Shown here one piece after another: positions 9,801 through 18,300 of a stretch of DNA of 64,000 bases. Where the stretch lies: positions 1 to 64,000 of the forward strand of contig CBFFRQ010000081.1 in assembly GCA_965644315.1 (NCBI GenBank). The letters are read 5' to 3'. The DNA is from Caecitellus pseudoparvulus (lineage: Eukaryota > Protista > Bigyra: Bicosoecida). Position numbers and translations under genes: made by a program. Every line of letters starts with the position of its first letter. Within the stretch, counting starts at the first letter, position 1. Under the pieces are notes generated by a model, which worked only from the letters and a program-made list of their open reading frames with translations, searched no databases and had not been told where the DNA came from.

Positions 9801-10267
9801 GTCAATGGCCATGGTATTGGGGACAAGGCGATACAGGCCAACAAACATCCAGAGAGCAGGCCAGTGTGTACAGCTTCCCATACATAAGGTTCCACAAGGG
9901 GACACAGACAAGATCTCCACCCCGCTCTTGGAAGGATCTCCAGCGGCGCGCTGCTGAGTTTGCTGGGGACGCATGGCGAGCAATCGTGGCAGCCCTTCTT
10001 CGAGACAGGCACCCTGATAGACTCCATGTACATTCCCATGCAAGGCATCTCTGGTGGTCAGTGTTTGGCAGAGACACTCCACTCCCTGGGCACAGAGACG
10101 CAGATCCCTCTGTAGTCACTAAGCATCCCCGACCACCCAAACCTGCAAGAATTAGACGCTTTTTTCCAGCACGAGCCGGACAAGTACCTTCCCATGAAGG
10201 CAAGGTACAGCAAACTTTGCGGAGTATGCTTCGCCGGAACGTGGACGCTCAACACGACAGCCCCTGA
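3827..10267 (+). CDS. Retrotransposon polyprotein: ORF1-like region + apurinic-like endonuclease + reverse transcriptase + CCHC zinc finger (N-terminus truncated, no ATG at start)
   Basis: APE motifs SWNVRG (~5861), LCLTE, TYVPN, LLGDLN, LDHILVS, SDH (~6617). RT motifs LIPKK, SYRLI, QAGF, VDFKGAFDSV, GVPQGGALSPLLF, YADD (8228-8239), YLGV. CPLC-x10-H-x4-C at ~9542-9601. Uninterrupted 2146 codons. Confidence 0.95.
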   Translation: MLTGLPRRGAARTFRLGGVDIDLSAVEDPSFFVGQWLDIFGDRLDAEFPGTVAALACAKSALRESAPGRKDLLVTLASDSDGAATAKCLRIAAAAREDFTVTLPGGGSVGVVYPNTKQFTSARARVNLIAPPSAVKVAQRISQTATRIASETGDVSRVLKLVHAQLTHQQSKPQRTAAHVGHSVSTVDDAPVDKPALTQDRAPSKAPAKTNKRTRRGKRTSRQTHVFPKTFADIIRGAAAQNQPERKTTPSSSQGKAVPASCPTPEHVRLPTSRVQSRPSRWDSPAPRAPAAQGAPSAESDSAVPCAAVDEEDESEFSIIPLETCHRKPAKLTSHKLPEESPLVGLLSNSTVFGDDEDKNCVQACLESASGEPVLQEQDFLLLQHAATINAAQKSLLHMLKQRHVQDADSSSSDVVITDAAVLPPLETEADRLEVMRSLVYRFAPSTHHLSLLSPPVLLPGLDLLLERMGRGYAMLKSPADWNGKGISPRALVDDAEQDTYLEGVLFAFGLSHPHAATWAHLQLILVDHERGVLHVWNPTQPKDHHDIPLNACMARLHAEGIDTVYRISSVPNHGVASPLRDRIKQALSSLRADFPPLPFLGPDGKLHSQTYIAAKKVRVCLPENRRTRKQAAALEEVKQHDPLLEYIPTLKHHKLSRWSPSPPTPVGKHQRCRLALASWNVRGSCGRRLHDVIECVQSITSHTSLLALCLTEPGGRGTLDSAVLGLECFRPNPPDRPPGRSEVALLLDRRLKATPMHNLGLDGRCSVACSVATLPRPLAILATYVPNWHTAQRKKPVADPDTKLPHRQEVWQQLFDAVHRLKRTHMVVLLGDLNCHPGDNGMRCWTSDMWVNTTDIKDPTPDVSQLEEICLEGGLCPAGLAGSPTQARYGRVLDHILVSLDLRKVLCRPLLVTTTFSGHGQRRSGMRVFSDHHLLSTEVRVKLGIRSHARVSSARQVAAPPWWSSATEEGKVAQQTFRTCLDEATRMEEAQHPPTSAWTLQCMNTAIAQAAKEAHAISRVPRTELPQPQTAIQTQSRVKKRMTARVSQIKRIRERVKRRLVLIQSGGAMAPASLKLQVQEQLSMLEEDESSCLRERKTAMRTCTRLTAKLRKKTLACVKARIKDLAKSDPFKAHVHIRRLSGRPRNSGSSAISSVMTDTGSLSSDPDTLRQEVAKQMGAIISKPTLPRTPLKYGLGRFLPSSTPEFQPPEDWLPNTSEVLRCITALSLHRHPGSGKFQAEHIKYASTPFRLAYAQTLINSLSSGTCPELYHDGIGTLIPKKTSEVGRPASYRLIVCRPAPAKLFFSAVAASLEKWMSSWISPEQAGFTARRNTHEQVIALQEAVKGHLRHSPSTRQVLILFVDFKGAFDSVSHSCITEILRDAKVPAPLLNLVNSYMHKATVSINTAAGLCPPLRVTTGVPQGGALSPLLFKIAIDVVSKRLAELPQQGVQGTGISTPDGYLTHTLYADDLACLATTPSGLHRMFKEVKTIGERSGLLINPRKSGVMIIPGRDGTSSQHTSDRQKALWRSKYLRSGEELKVNGTPIIRTPTYMYLGVPMAENLIRSRALALEKAQMACTHAGFSCGAVFSGAWLGVKLKNQIGRAIVTSSADYVLCTQANSLLIPLRQVDRGVSKALSKSLLCTQSSLMRPHSAATLALCGIKPAHIRSTQLRVNLFRKMLARLHDRSPLAKSLLLTIPQAIDMLPPSISTAFVVQSTVQLQHHQAKQTPLPWALFGILDLWMYGCLPDLNDLKDACLAEGSRKQQALTAVLTCLKKPPHSAKIEVMGIAVPPMATIDTPPQFQSLTSWQTRHQVVASYLHVVQTKQSIAAGYSASSRLPSAIKPRPHHVGIGAQHFTMLHPIPSGISPLLWACAEDKPLCNMVHQWQTLQLLHGGDDPTLYSTCPLCATEVPADLHRHVILHCHNLNTPRRAAIERLTNLLQECEDEASTPKTTVQHPPQAVTRAIRASFTNLCVPEDHEEAMYRLILCGQWPWYWGQGDTGQQTSREQASVYSFPYIRFHKGTQTRSPPRSWKDLQRRAAEFAGDAWRAIVAALLRDRHPDRLHVHSHARHLWWSVFGRDTPLPGHRDADPSVVTKHPRPPKPARIRRFFPARAGQVPSHEGKVQQTLRSMLRRNVDAQHDSP

Positions 10268-10384
10268 CAATTCCCGCCCTCAACCACCCTCTAAAAAGTG
10301 TGGCGAGGGTCGTCATGTCCCCCCCAACCGACCCACATGCTCCTAGACACCACCTTCGATTCCAAACATTAGAACAAACAACGC

Positions 10385-11698
10385 CCTCACAGCATACACA
10401 GGCCATGCAACCTGTCCGTTCCTGGATCCTGACCATGCAGCACCGCTGCGTGCCGCCCGTCGCCCTCCAACACCTCCTTCATGGCCAATCCGCCGGCCCA
10501 CAGGCCGCCACACCATCCCATCCGGGCCACGATACTGACCTGACAGCATACACAGGCCATGCACCCTGCCTGCTACTGGATCCTGACTGCGCAGCACCGC
10601 TGCGTGCCGCCCGTCGCCCTCCAACACCTCCTTCATGGCCAATCCGCCGGCCCACAGGCCGCCACACCATCCCATCCGGGCCACGATACTGACCTGACAG
10701 CATACACAGGCCATGCACCCTGCCTGCTACTGGATCCTGACCATGCAGCACCGCTGCGTGCCGCCCGTCGCCCTCCAACACCTCCTTCATGGCCAATCCG
10801 CCGGCCCACAGGCCGCCACACCATCCCATCCGGGCCACGATACTGACCTGACATCATACACAGGCCATGCACCCTGCCTGCTACTGGATCCTGACTGCGC
10901 AGCACCGCTGCGTGCCGCCCATCGCCCTCCAACACCTCCTTCATGGCCAATCCGCCGGCCCACAGGCCGCCACACCATCCCATCCGGGCCACGATACTGA
11001 CCTCACAGCATACACAGGCCATGCACCCTGCCTGCTACTGGATCCTGACTGCGCAGCACCGCTGCGTGCCGCCCGTCGCCCTCCAACACCTCCTTCATGG
11101 CCAATCCGCCGGCCCACAGGCCGCCACACCATCCCATCCGGGCCACGATACTGACCTGACAGCATACACAGGCCATGCACCCTGCCTGCTACTGGATCCT
11201 GACCATGCAGCACCGCTGCGTGCCGCCCGTCGCCCTCCAACACCTCCTTCATGGCCAATCCGCCGGCCCACAGGCCGCCACACCATCCCATCCGGGCCAC
11301 GATACTGACCTGACAGCATACACAGGCCATGCACCCTGCCTGCTACTGGATCCTGACCATGCAGCACCGCTGCGTGCCGCCCGTCGCTCTCCAACACCTC
11401 CTTCATGGCCAATCCGCCGGCCCACAGGCCGCCACACCATCCCATCCAGGCCACGATACTGACCTGACAGCATACACAGGTCATGCACCCTGCCTGCTAC
11501 TGGATCCTGACCATGCAGCACCGCTGCGTGCCGCCCGTCGCCCTCCAACACCTCCTTCATGGCCAATCCGCCGGCCCACAGGCCGCCACACCATCCCATC
11601 CAGGCCACGATACTGACCTGACATCATACACAGGCCATGCACCCTGCCTGCTACTGGATCCTGACCATGCAGCACCGCTGCGTGCCGCCCGTCGCCCT
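10385..11698. repeat. 154-bp tandem repeat, about 8.5 near-identical copies, in the 3' UTR of unit B
   Basis: ACAGCATACACAGGCCATGC recurs at 10389, 10543, 10697 and onward (period 154); copies differ at few sites, e.g. CTGACCATGCAG versus CTGACTGCGCAG. Confidence 0.97.
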
Positions 11699-12109
11699 GT
11701 TTGCGTTTGTCTGCTGACAGCGCACCAGCCCTCACAGCCCCAGCAAGTGGTGAAGTCAGGATCCCGTGACGCGACACGATTAAATGATGCAGGACTTGCA
11801 CGATGATAACACTTTGTCCAAGCAGTTGATTTGTTCGTGCTGCAACAGTCGCTCCACAGCTCATGGGCTCACCTGTACAATTGCGGAAAACGCACATGGA
11901 TCCTTCGATTTCCGCACACGCACCTGCTCTCCAAAGCCATGAAACCGGCGCACGTGCAAAGAGAATGCCCTTTCAGTGACTAATTTTACGTTCCTGCACA
12001 AAATGGTGTTGAGATTTTGACTGAAAAGTGTGAGCCCCGGTGTGATTGCCTGGTTTGCTGAACTATGGCATTTACAAGTTTCGTGAATGATGGGAAAATC
12101 AGTGTTTCG

Positions 12110-12323
12110 AGGACCACCAAGACCTTTTCCTTTTGGAGCGGATACTGAAGTATCCTAGCACATGGCGACATATATAACGGACTTAAGTCTGTGTTTGTTG
12201 CAGAGCCATGCAAATGGTAGCCATGCTGATGTGAGTGACCGCCTCGCGGTTTGTAACATCTACTGTGAAGCTCCAGCTGAACCGCACATGAACAAGTGTG
12301 GAAGTGAAATGCATTACATCTGA
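12110..12323 (+). other. Conserved structured 3'-terminal RNA element of unit B
   Basis: Hairpins GGATAC-TGAA-GTATCC (12140-12155), ACGGAC-TTAA-GTCTGT (12177-12192), GCCAT-GCAA-ATGGT (12205-12218) and AATGCATT (12308-12315). Confidence 0.75.
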
Positions 12324-12356
12324 CTAACCCTAACCCTAACCCCTAACCCCCTAACC
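12324..12356. repeat. Interstitial telomeric repeat tract
   Basis: CTAACCCTAACCCTAACCCCTAACCCCCTAACC, same orientation as the terminal telomere. Confidence 0.95.
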
Positions 12357-12576
12357 TCGACCATGGACCAACAAGATATCACCCCAAGGAGCGGATACTG
12401 AAGTATCCTAGCACATGGCGACATATACAACGGACGAAAGTCTGTGTTTGTTGCAGAGCCATGCAAATGGTAGCCATGCTGATGTGAGTGACCACATAGC
12501 GGTTTGTAACATCTACTGTGAAGCTCCAGCTGAACCGCACATGAACGACTGCGGAAGTGAAATGCATTATATCTGA
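12357..12576 (+). mobile_element. Unit C: ~220-bp 3'-end-only copy of the retroelement
   Basis: 12388-12576 is a close direct repeat of 12135-12323 (offset 253) and is flanked by telomeric tracts on both sides. Confidence 0.8.
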
Positions 12577-12604
12577 CTAACCCTAACCCTAACCCCTCCC
12601 TAAC
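12577..12604. repeat. Innermost interstitial telomeric tract (probable former chromosome end)
   Basis: CTAACCCTAACCCTAACCCCTCCCTAAC, followed by non-element subtelomeric sequence. Confidence 0.9.
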
Positions 12605-13201
12605 GCAGAGAGCACCGGGTCTCCTACTGAAGTGCATTTTGCAGAGCACTTCTTTGTTTTTCATGCCCTGCTCCTCATAGGCATGCACAGGCTGGACGTA
12701 GTGGACGGCAGTTGCCTTGTCCACGCCACAGCCTCCAAGCACCTCCACAGCGCCTGAGATGCATGTGCTGTGACCTCCACCTGCGCCAGTCGCTCGTCCA
12801 AGCGCACTGCACACCAAGGCCTGCCTTTGCTCCCACAAGTATCATGACCACGACTGAGGCTGCAGAAAGCTGCTTGAAGATTGATCTCTCTCATGCCGTG
12901 TGCCTTAGCCTTGGTGTCTGCCCAGCAGCTGGCCGAGAGTGCCCTGTGCTGAGCGTGGGTGAGGTGATCAAGGAAGAATGCAGGCGCCCATGCAGGCTGT
13001 GGCAAGGCTTCGAAATCGCACCTCAAGCCACTTAACGCCCCAAACCACGCCCTACTTGCAGCTTTTGGCCTGACCCCAGCCCCAAGCTTGCAAAGCCTGG
13101 CCTTGTCCAGGTGCAGCGGGTGGCAGCGAACGAAGCCAAGCCTCCACTGCAACCTGCACACAGCAGCCAGAGAAGCACCCCCACCAGTGCAGAGTGCACA
13201 C

Positions 13202-13990
13202 CTACGCAGTGACAACCCACGTTCTGTACAGCTCCATTGACTTTCGTCCGTGGCGAGTGCTCGAGGCGCCCCAGACAGCGTCCTTGGCTGCCTCTGCCGC
13301 GATGTCCCCTGTCGCAAGCCAAGCCAGAGGAGCAACTGCTCGAACTCCACCCAGACCCACGAGCTCCCTACAACCGCAATATCGACCTCCTCGGATGCTA
13401 GACGAAGTTAGTTTCATCTCGACGTGCACGTCCACACTTCGACCATCACTCAAGGCAAGAAGTTCCCGAACCAAGCCCAAGTGGCCGTCGGAGCTGGCCC
13501 AGACAAAACCAAAGTCAAGCCCGCCTGCATCCCCAATACTCGCATCTACAGCATGAAGGCCTGTCAGGAAGAACATCCCCTGCACAACAGAAACGAGCCA
13601 CTTTGACATGCCCATCGAGCGTCGAACCCTTCCCGCGCATGTACGCCGCAAGTCTGCTCGTCAGCTAGCCCAAGCAGCTCACGAAGGACACCCACATGAC
13701 CGCCATGGCACATCTTCACAAGCTCGGTCTCAAATTCCTTCCCATCACTTGCATGCGCGTCCACAGCTCGGACCCCGCAAAGTGCGAGAAGCTCCCACAA
13801 CACATCCACATGCCAGCCTGAAAGCAGCTCTTCACCTGGATCCACTTCTCGCGTGTTCGTCAGCTGCCCAGCCACCATGCAAGCTCAAAAGTGTCACCAA
13901 CATCCCAGGTGTCCATGCTAACGAGCGAGTCGAATCCTGGCCTCAGGCCCATGGAGGTCTGCTGTGTGCACATCCACTACCCGCTCGCCT
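13202..13990 (-). pseudogene. Degenerate ankyrin-like repeat gene (paralog of 23798-24727)
   Basis: Fragments in different frames: GHVGVLRELLGL, GHLGLVRELLALSDGRSVDVH and the C-terminal AAKDAVWGASSTRHGRKSM. Confidence 0.7.
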
Positions 13991-14007
13991 TCCAGCGACC
14001 AAAGGCT

Positions 14008-14740
14008 CTACACTGCCCGCAGAAGCACCACAGCTTCGCACCCAAGTCGAGTGCTTGTGCCGTCCCACACGGCATCTTTGCCGGCCTGGACAGCAGCCAG
14101 CCCGGCATCAAGCCTGTCCTGGAGTGCAATGATGCGACCGCCAGTCAGCGCCAGCAGCTCTCGCATGACACCCACAATGCCACCTTGGAAGGCAAAGCGG
14201 AAGGCAGCCCCGTTGCCCGCGTTTACATTCACAGCCCGCTGCCCAGTCAGAGCCAAAAGCTCTCGCACTATTTCCACATGGCCAAATGCGCACGCTTCGC
14301 GGAAGCCAGCCTCGGGCACACCCCTTGGCCCGGCATGCACATCCACTGCCCGATCACCCTCCAAGGCAAGGAGCTCGCGGATCACTTCCAAGTGACCATT
14401 CTTGCACGCGCCTCGGAACCCTCCTTCGGGCCCCAGCCAGTCCTCTGCGTCACATCCACGGCCCGCGGACCAATCAGGGCCAAGAGATCTCGCACGATGT
14501 CGACGTGACCACGCCCACATGCCTCCTGAAATCAGACCTCTCTCCCACACAGGCCGCCAACATACACATCCAATGCACTGTCGCCTGCCAACGCCTGGAC
14601 ATAGCGAACTTCCTGCACCCTTCCGTCTCAACAAGCAGTCTGGAGTTTGGCTTCGCCTCTGCCACTTCCGTGTCCACCTCCCAGCATGAAAGAGCTGGTC
14701 AGGCCAATCGGCATCATTGGCTCCAACGGCATGAAAGAGC
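14008..14740 (-). pseudogene. Ankyrin-like repeat gene, apparently frameshifted in its 5' part (paralog of 23798-24727)
   Basis: GFRGACKNGHLEVIRELLALEGDRAVDVHAG repeats and C-terminal GKDAVWDGTSTRLG; upstream repeats lie in another frame. Confidence 0.7.
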
Positions 14741-15356
14741 CTACATCTCCGAATGGTGCTTGTCATCCCTCCTCTGGCACTGCTCTATGCGGCTGTCCAT
14801 CCACCGTGGTCCAGCAAGCAGATTCCGCAACTCCGCACGCACGGCAGCTGTCCCGTGTGCGCTGCAGGCTTTGCTGCAACGATTCGCCCACACTTGAGTA
14901 CATTCAATCTACCTCTGCCATCCACTTGAGCGACTGACTGCAGGTGTGAATTGCATCGCGCCTCGTGTTTGCGCTGGCGCTGGCACTGCTTCGCCCAGCT
15001 GCTGGCCACGCCAAACACCCACAGCTGGCGCCCCACCCTTCCTGCAAGGCCTGGCACAGCAGCACACCAGATCCCAACTTTCAACCAAAGCTACTACACC
15101 ACCCCAGCCCGTCTCCATCCTGCACACCTGCTCAAGCTCCCCGCCAGACCGCGCAAGTGGCACACTCGAGCCACAGCAAGCAGCTTCGGAAGCTCAGCAG
15201 TCTCAGTACGCCCACCCTGACCCCGTCCACGCGCAATGCGCCCAGCAGTCACCTGTGTTCAACGTGCATTGCCTTCACACAGCCCACCAAGTGTACAAGG
15301 TCAGCCGACCCGCACACAAGCTTCGCAACGTAGCCGCTGAGCAAACTCGACACAAC

Positions 15357-18300
15357 TCAGTCTTTGGGTTGCAGGTTCTTGATGGCGTCAGTGATGCGCT
15401 GCTTGAGCGCAGTGGCCTTTTCCCTGAGCTGCTTCGCCACTTGAGAGGGGTCTGTTCCTGCCGCCAGGCCCAGGCCGCCGGCCAGGGGCATGGCGGAGTT
15501 GACCACTGCGCCAAAGGTGCTGCCGCCCGACATGGCCTGCACGCCCAGCAGGATGAAGACGAGCATGATGACGAGCAAGACCACAAGCACCATGAGGCTG
15601 TACAACAAGACGTCCCACGAGAGGCCCATGGGTGAGAGGGCTGCTTCGGTGATTTCCCGCAGCAGGATGTGGATGCCCGCCTTGAACTCCTGGCGGTCCA
15701 GCACGTTGTCCGACTCGATGACGTCCAGGGACGCGAAGATGCGCTTGGCCCGCTCGTTGGTCAGGGGCAGCGACGCGTTGGCGGTGAAGTCCACGAACTC
15801 GTCGAAGGAGATGCCGCCGCCGTCTGTGTCAAAGGCGTCGTACAGCAGGTCGATGGCTTGGTCGGACAGGCGCCCGTTGACGAGGGGCAGGGAGGCGAAC
15901 TTGTTGGCGAGCTTGGTCTTGGCGCCCGCCACGACGCTGTCCATGGCTGCCTTGGCCTTGTCCTTTGCAGCGTCCAGGGCCACCTTGGCCGCTGCAGTTG
16001 CCGCAGCGGTGGCGGCAGAGGCGGCTGCGCCGGGGGATGAGGTGTCCACTCCAGCCCGCTGCAGCTGCTCCACGAGGCCCGTGATGGTGTTGATGATGGT
16101 CTCCAGGCGGTCCTTGTTGAAGCCGCCGAACTGCAGCGCCAGCTTGCGCACGCCGGAGATGTCCCTGCGCGACAAGGACAGGATGGCGTCCACGATGGCC
16201 AGCGCGCCGTGCTGCTCCACCGGCACCACGCTCTCCAGCAGCTGCATGATGTGCTCCTGCCGCTTCCCCAACTCCTCTGCCACCGCCTTGCTCACTGCCA
16301 GCGCCTTCTTGGCAGAGCTGCCGCTGGTGGAGCCCGCTGCAGACACGGCCGCCGCAGCCGCCGCGCCACTCTGCCCTGCCGTCTGTGCTCGGGACGCGAC
16401 AGAGGCAGCTGAGCCAATGACGGACTCAGCCTGTGAGGCAGCGGCGTTGGAGACGTCTTCCAGGGCACGCAGACGGGCCTGCATGAGCGCGATGAAGTGC
16501 TGGATGACGCCGAGGGCAGCCACGAGCTTGGGCTCGTTCTGCACCAGCGCCTGCACGAAGACGGGGATAGTGGTGAGGAGCTCACCAGGGTTGCCGCGAA
16601 GGAGTATGCCACCCAGCGTGACGGCCAGGAACTTGGGGTCGCGCAGGCGCTTGGCGAAGATCTCGTCGCCACTGCCCTGCGACAGGAAGTCCGTCACCAT
16701 GCCCAGGGATGAGAGGGCGCCCTGTGCTTGGGAAATGCCGCCTGAGATGGCCCCTGCCGCGCTGCCCACAGCTCCCAGAGCGGAGTCCCGCGCACCCATG
16801 ATGTCTGCACTGAGCAAGGAGGATAAGTTGGCGCCGCCCACCATGCTACTGGCGGCGTCCTGCGCCTGGCCTGCCGCTGCACTAGCAGACGCACTCAGCG
16901 CAGCCATGGGCGCAGCCACCGACGTCGCGATGCCATGTGAGACTTGCGACGCTGCGAACTTGACCACCGCCATGGAGGCCTGTGCAGCCTGCGACACCTG
17001 CCCCTTGCGGGACCGGGCCGCCTTGCCTGACGTGTCGCGCTGCAGGACCGCCTGCACCTTGTCCACTGGCCCCAGCAGGCCCATGGCAGACTCGATGGAA
17101 GACGGAGACACGCTCTGCAGCAGCTTCACCTCCTCGAAGCTGGTCAGACCGGGGGGCAGCTCTTGGCCTCCTTGGGATACATCCCTGACCCGCTGCACGA
17201 TGGCCTCGGCGGCCGGCTTGGGCAGGCGTCGCAGGAGGACGCGGATGAGGGAGTTCCGGATGCTTTCGTTGTGCAGCAGGGTGAGCTGCACTGTGTTTTG
17301 TGTCAGCATGACGCGGGGAATGCCAAGAATGCGGCAGAGGCCTGTCGCGACGTCGCCTTGCATGAGGGAGAAGAAGCCGATGAGGACGCGGTCCACCTCT
17401 GGCAGGACAAAGGCCGGGTTGGCGCCCCACACAGCCCTGGACAGCAAGCGCACAGAAGCGCCCTTCACGCCAAAGTACTTCTCCGTCGTGCGGTTGGACA
17501 TGCCCCGCAGGGACTGCAGTGGGTGCAAGCCCACCCCCACACTCCACCGCTGAGCCGCCTGCAGCACAGGCAGCACTTGGTCCAGCAACCAAGGCCGGCG
17601 GGTGGTCTCTTCGTCCCCGCGGTCGCCGGAGGATGCCGCCACAGCTGCAAGGGCTGGCCCGGCAGCCCGTGCCACGGGGAGAATACGCAGCAATTCCTCT
17701 GCAGGCGGCAAACGCCCTGTCACGAACTTCAGGATGGTGCTGAGCACGCGGGCCGTGGCGCGCACAGGCTTGGCCTCGCCGCCGACGTCGTCGTCCTCCT
17801 CCCTGCAGAAGGGGATGTTACTAAAGCGCGCAGACTCCACACGCGTCAGCAGCTTCAGAGCCCTGTCCAGGTCAATGCAGGCGCTGTCCTGTGTCAAGTC
17901 CAGGCCCGCCTCGGCGGAAGCACGTGCAAGGTCGTCGCGGACAGCCAGAGACTTGACGGCTGCCGCGGCATCGTGGGAGGACAGCGTGCGCATCTCGTCT
18001 TCATCGATCATCAGCTGCACCGTCGCAGAGCTGCTGCGAGCATCGCCCACCAGGCGGTGGAACTGGTTCGTGTGTTCCTCCTGCTTCTTGGCGAACTTGT
18101 CGCTCATCTCCGCCTCCACGAACTCGTCTAGGCGGTCTCGCTGCGAGTACAGGTCAGACACAAACGCCATCTGCATGCGCATGGCATCGTGCACGGGCAG
18201 GTTGGCGCCGTTCACTGCCTCCACCATGTCCAGGCGCAGCTCTTCAGCCACGGCCTGGGATGTGAGCAACTCCCCGATGGGACGGTACCCTGCCATGGCC

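Larger units (their letters stand above)
3824..12323 (+). mobile_element. Non-LTR retrotransposon (APE-RT type), unit B, 5'-truncated, telomere-associated
   Basis: Single long APE+RT ORF, ~2 kb 3' UTR, ends ...AATGCATTACATCTGA directly on (CTAACC)n at 12324. No poly(A) tail and no LTRs. Confidence 0.9.

Noticed and set aside
9600-10267. Second, restriction-like endonuclease as in Dualen
   Set aside because: No convincing PD-(D/E)xK motif is visible after the CCHC finger.
3827-10267. Telomerase reverse transcriptase or Penelope/Athena element
   Set aside because: The APE domain and LINE-type RT motifs (QAGF, PQG..LSP.LF, YADD) identify a non-LTR retrotransposon; no TERT T-motif or GIY-YIG domain seen.
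10385-11698. CRISPR-like array or coding ORFs in the 154-bp repeat
   Set aside because: No unique spacers and a eukaryotic context; the many short ORFs are artefacts of a repeat whose length is not a multiple of 3.
12135-12576. Direct repeats as LTRs or target-site duplications; hammerhead ribozyme
   Set aside because: The repeats sit only at 3' ends and the RT is non-LTR type. A complete CUGANGA/GAAA hammerhead core is not conserved across the copies.
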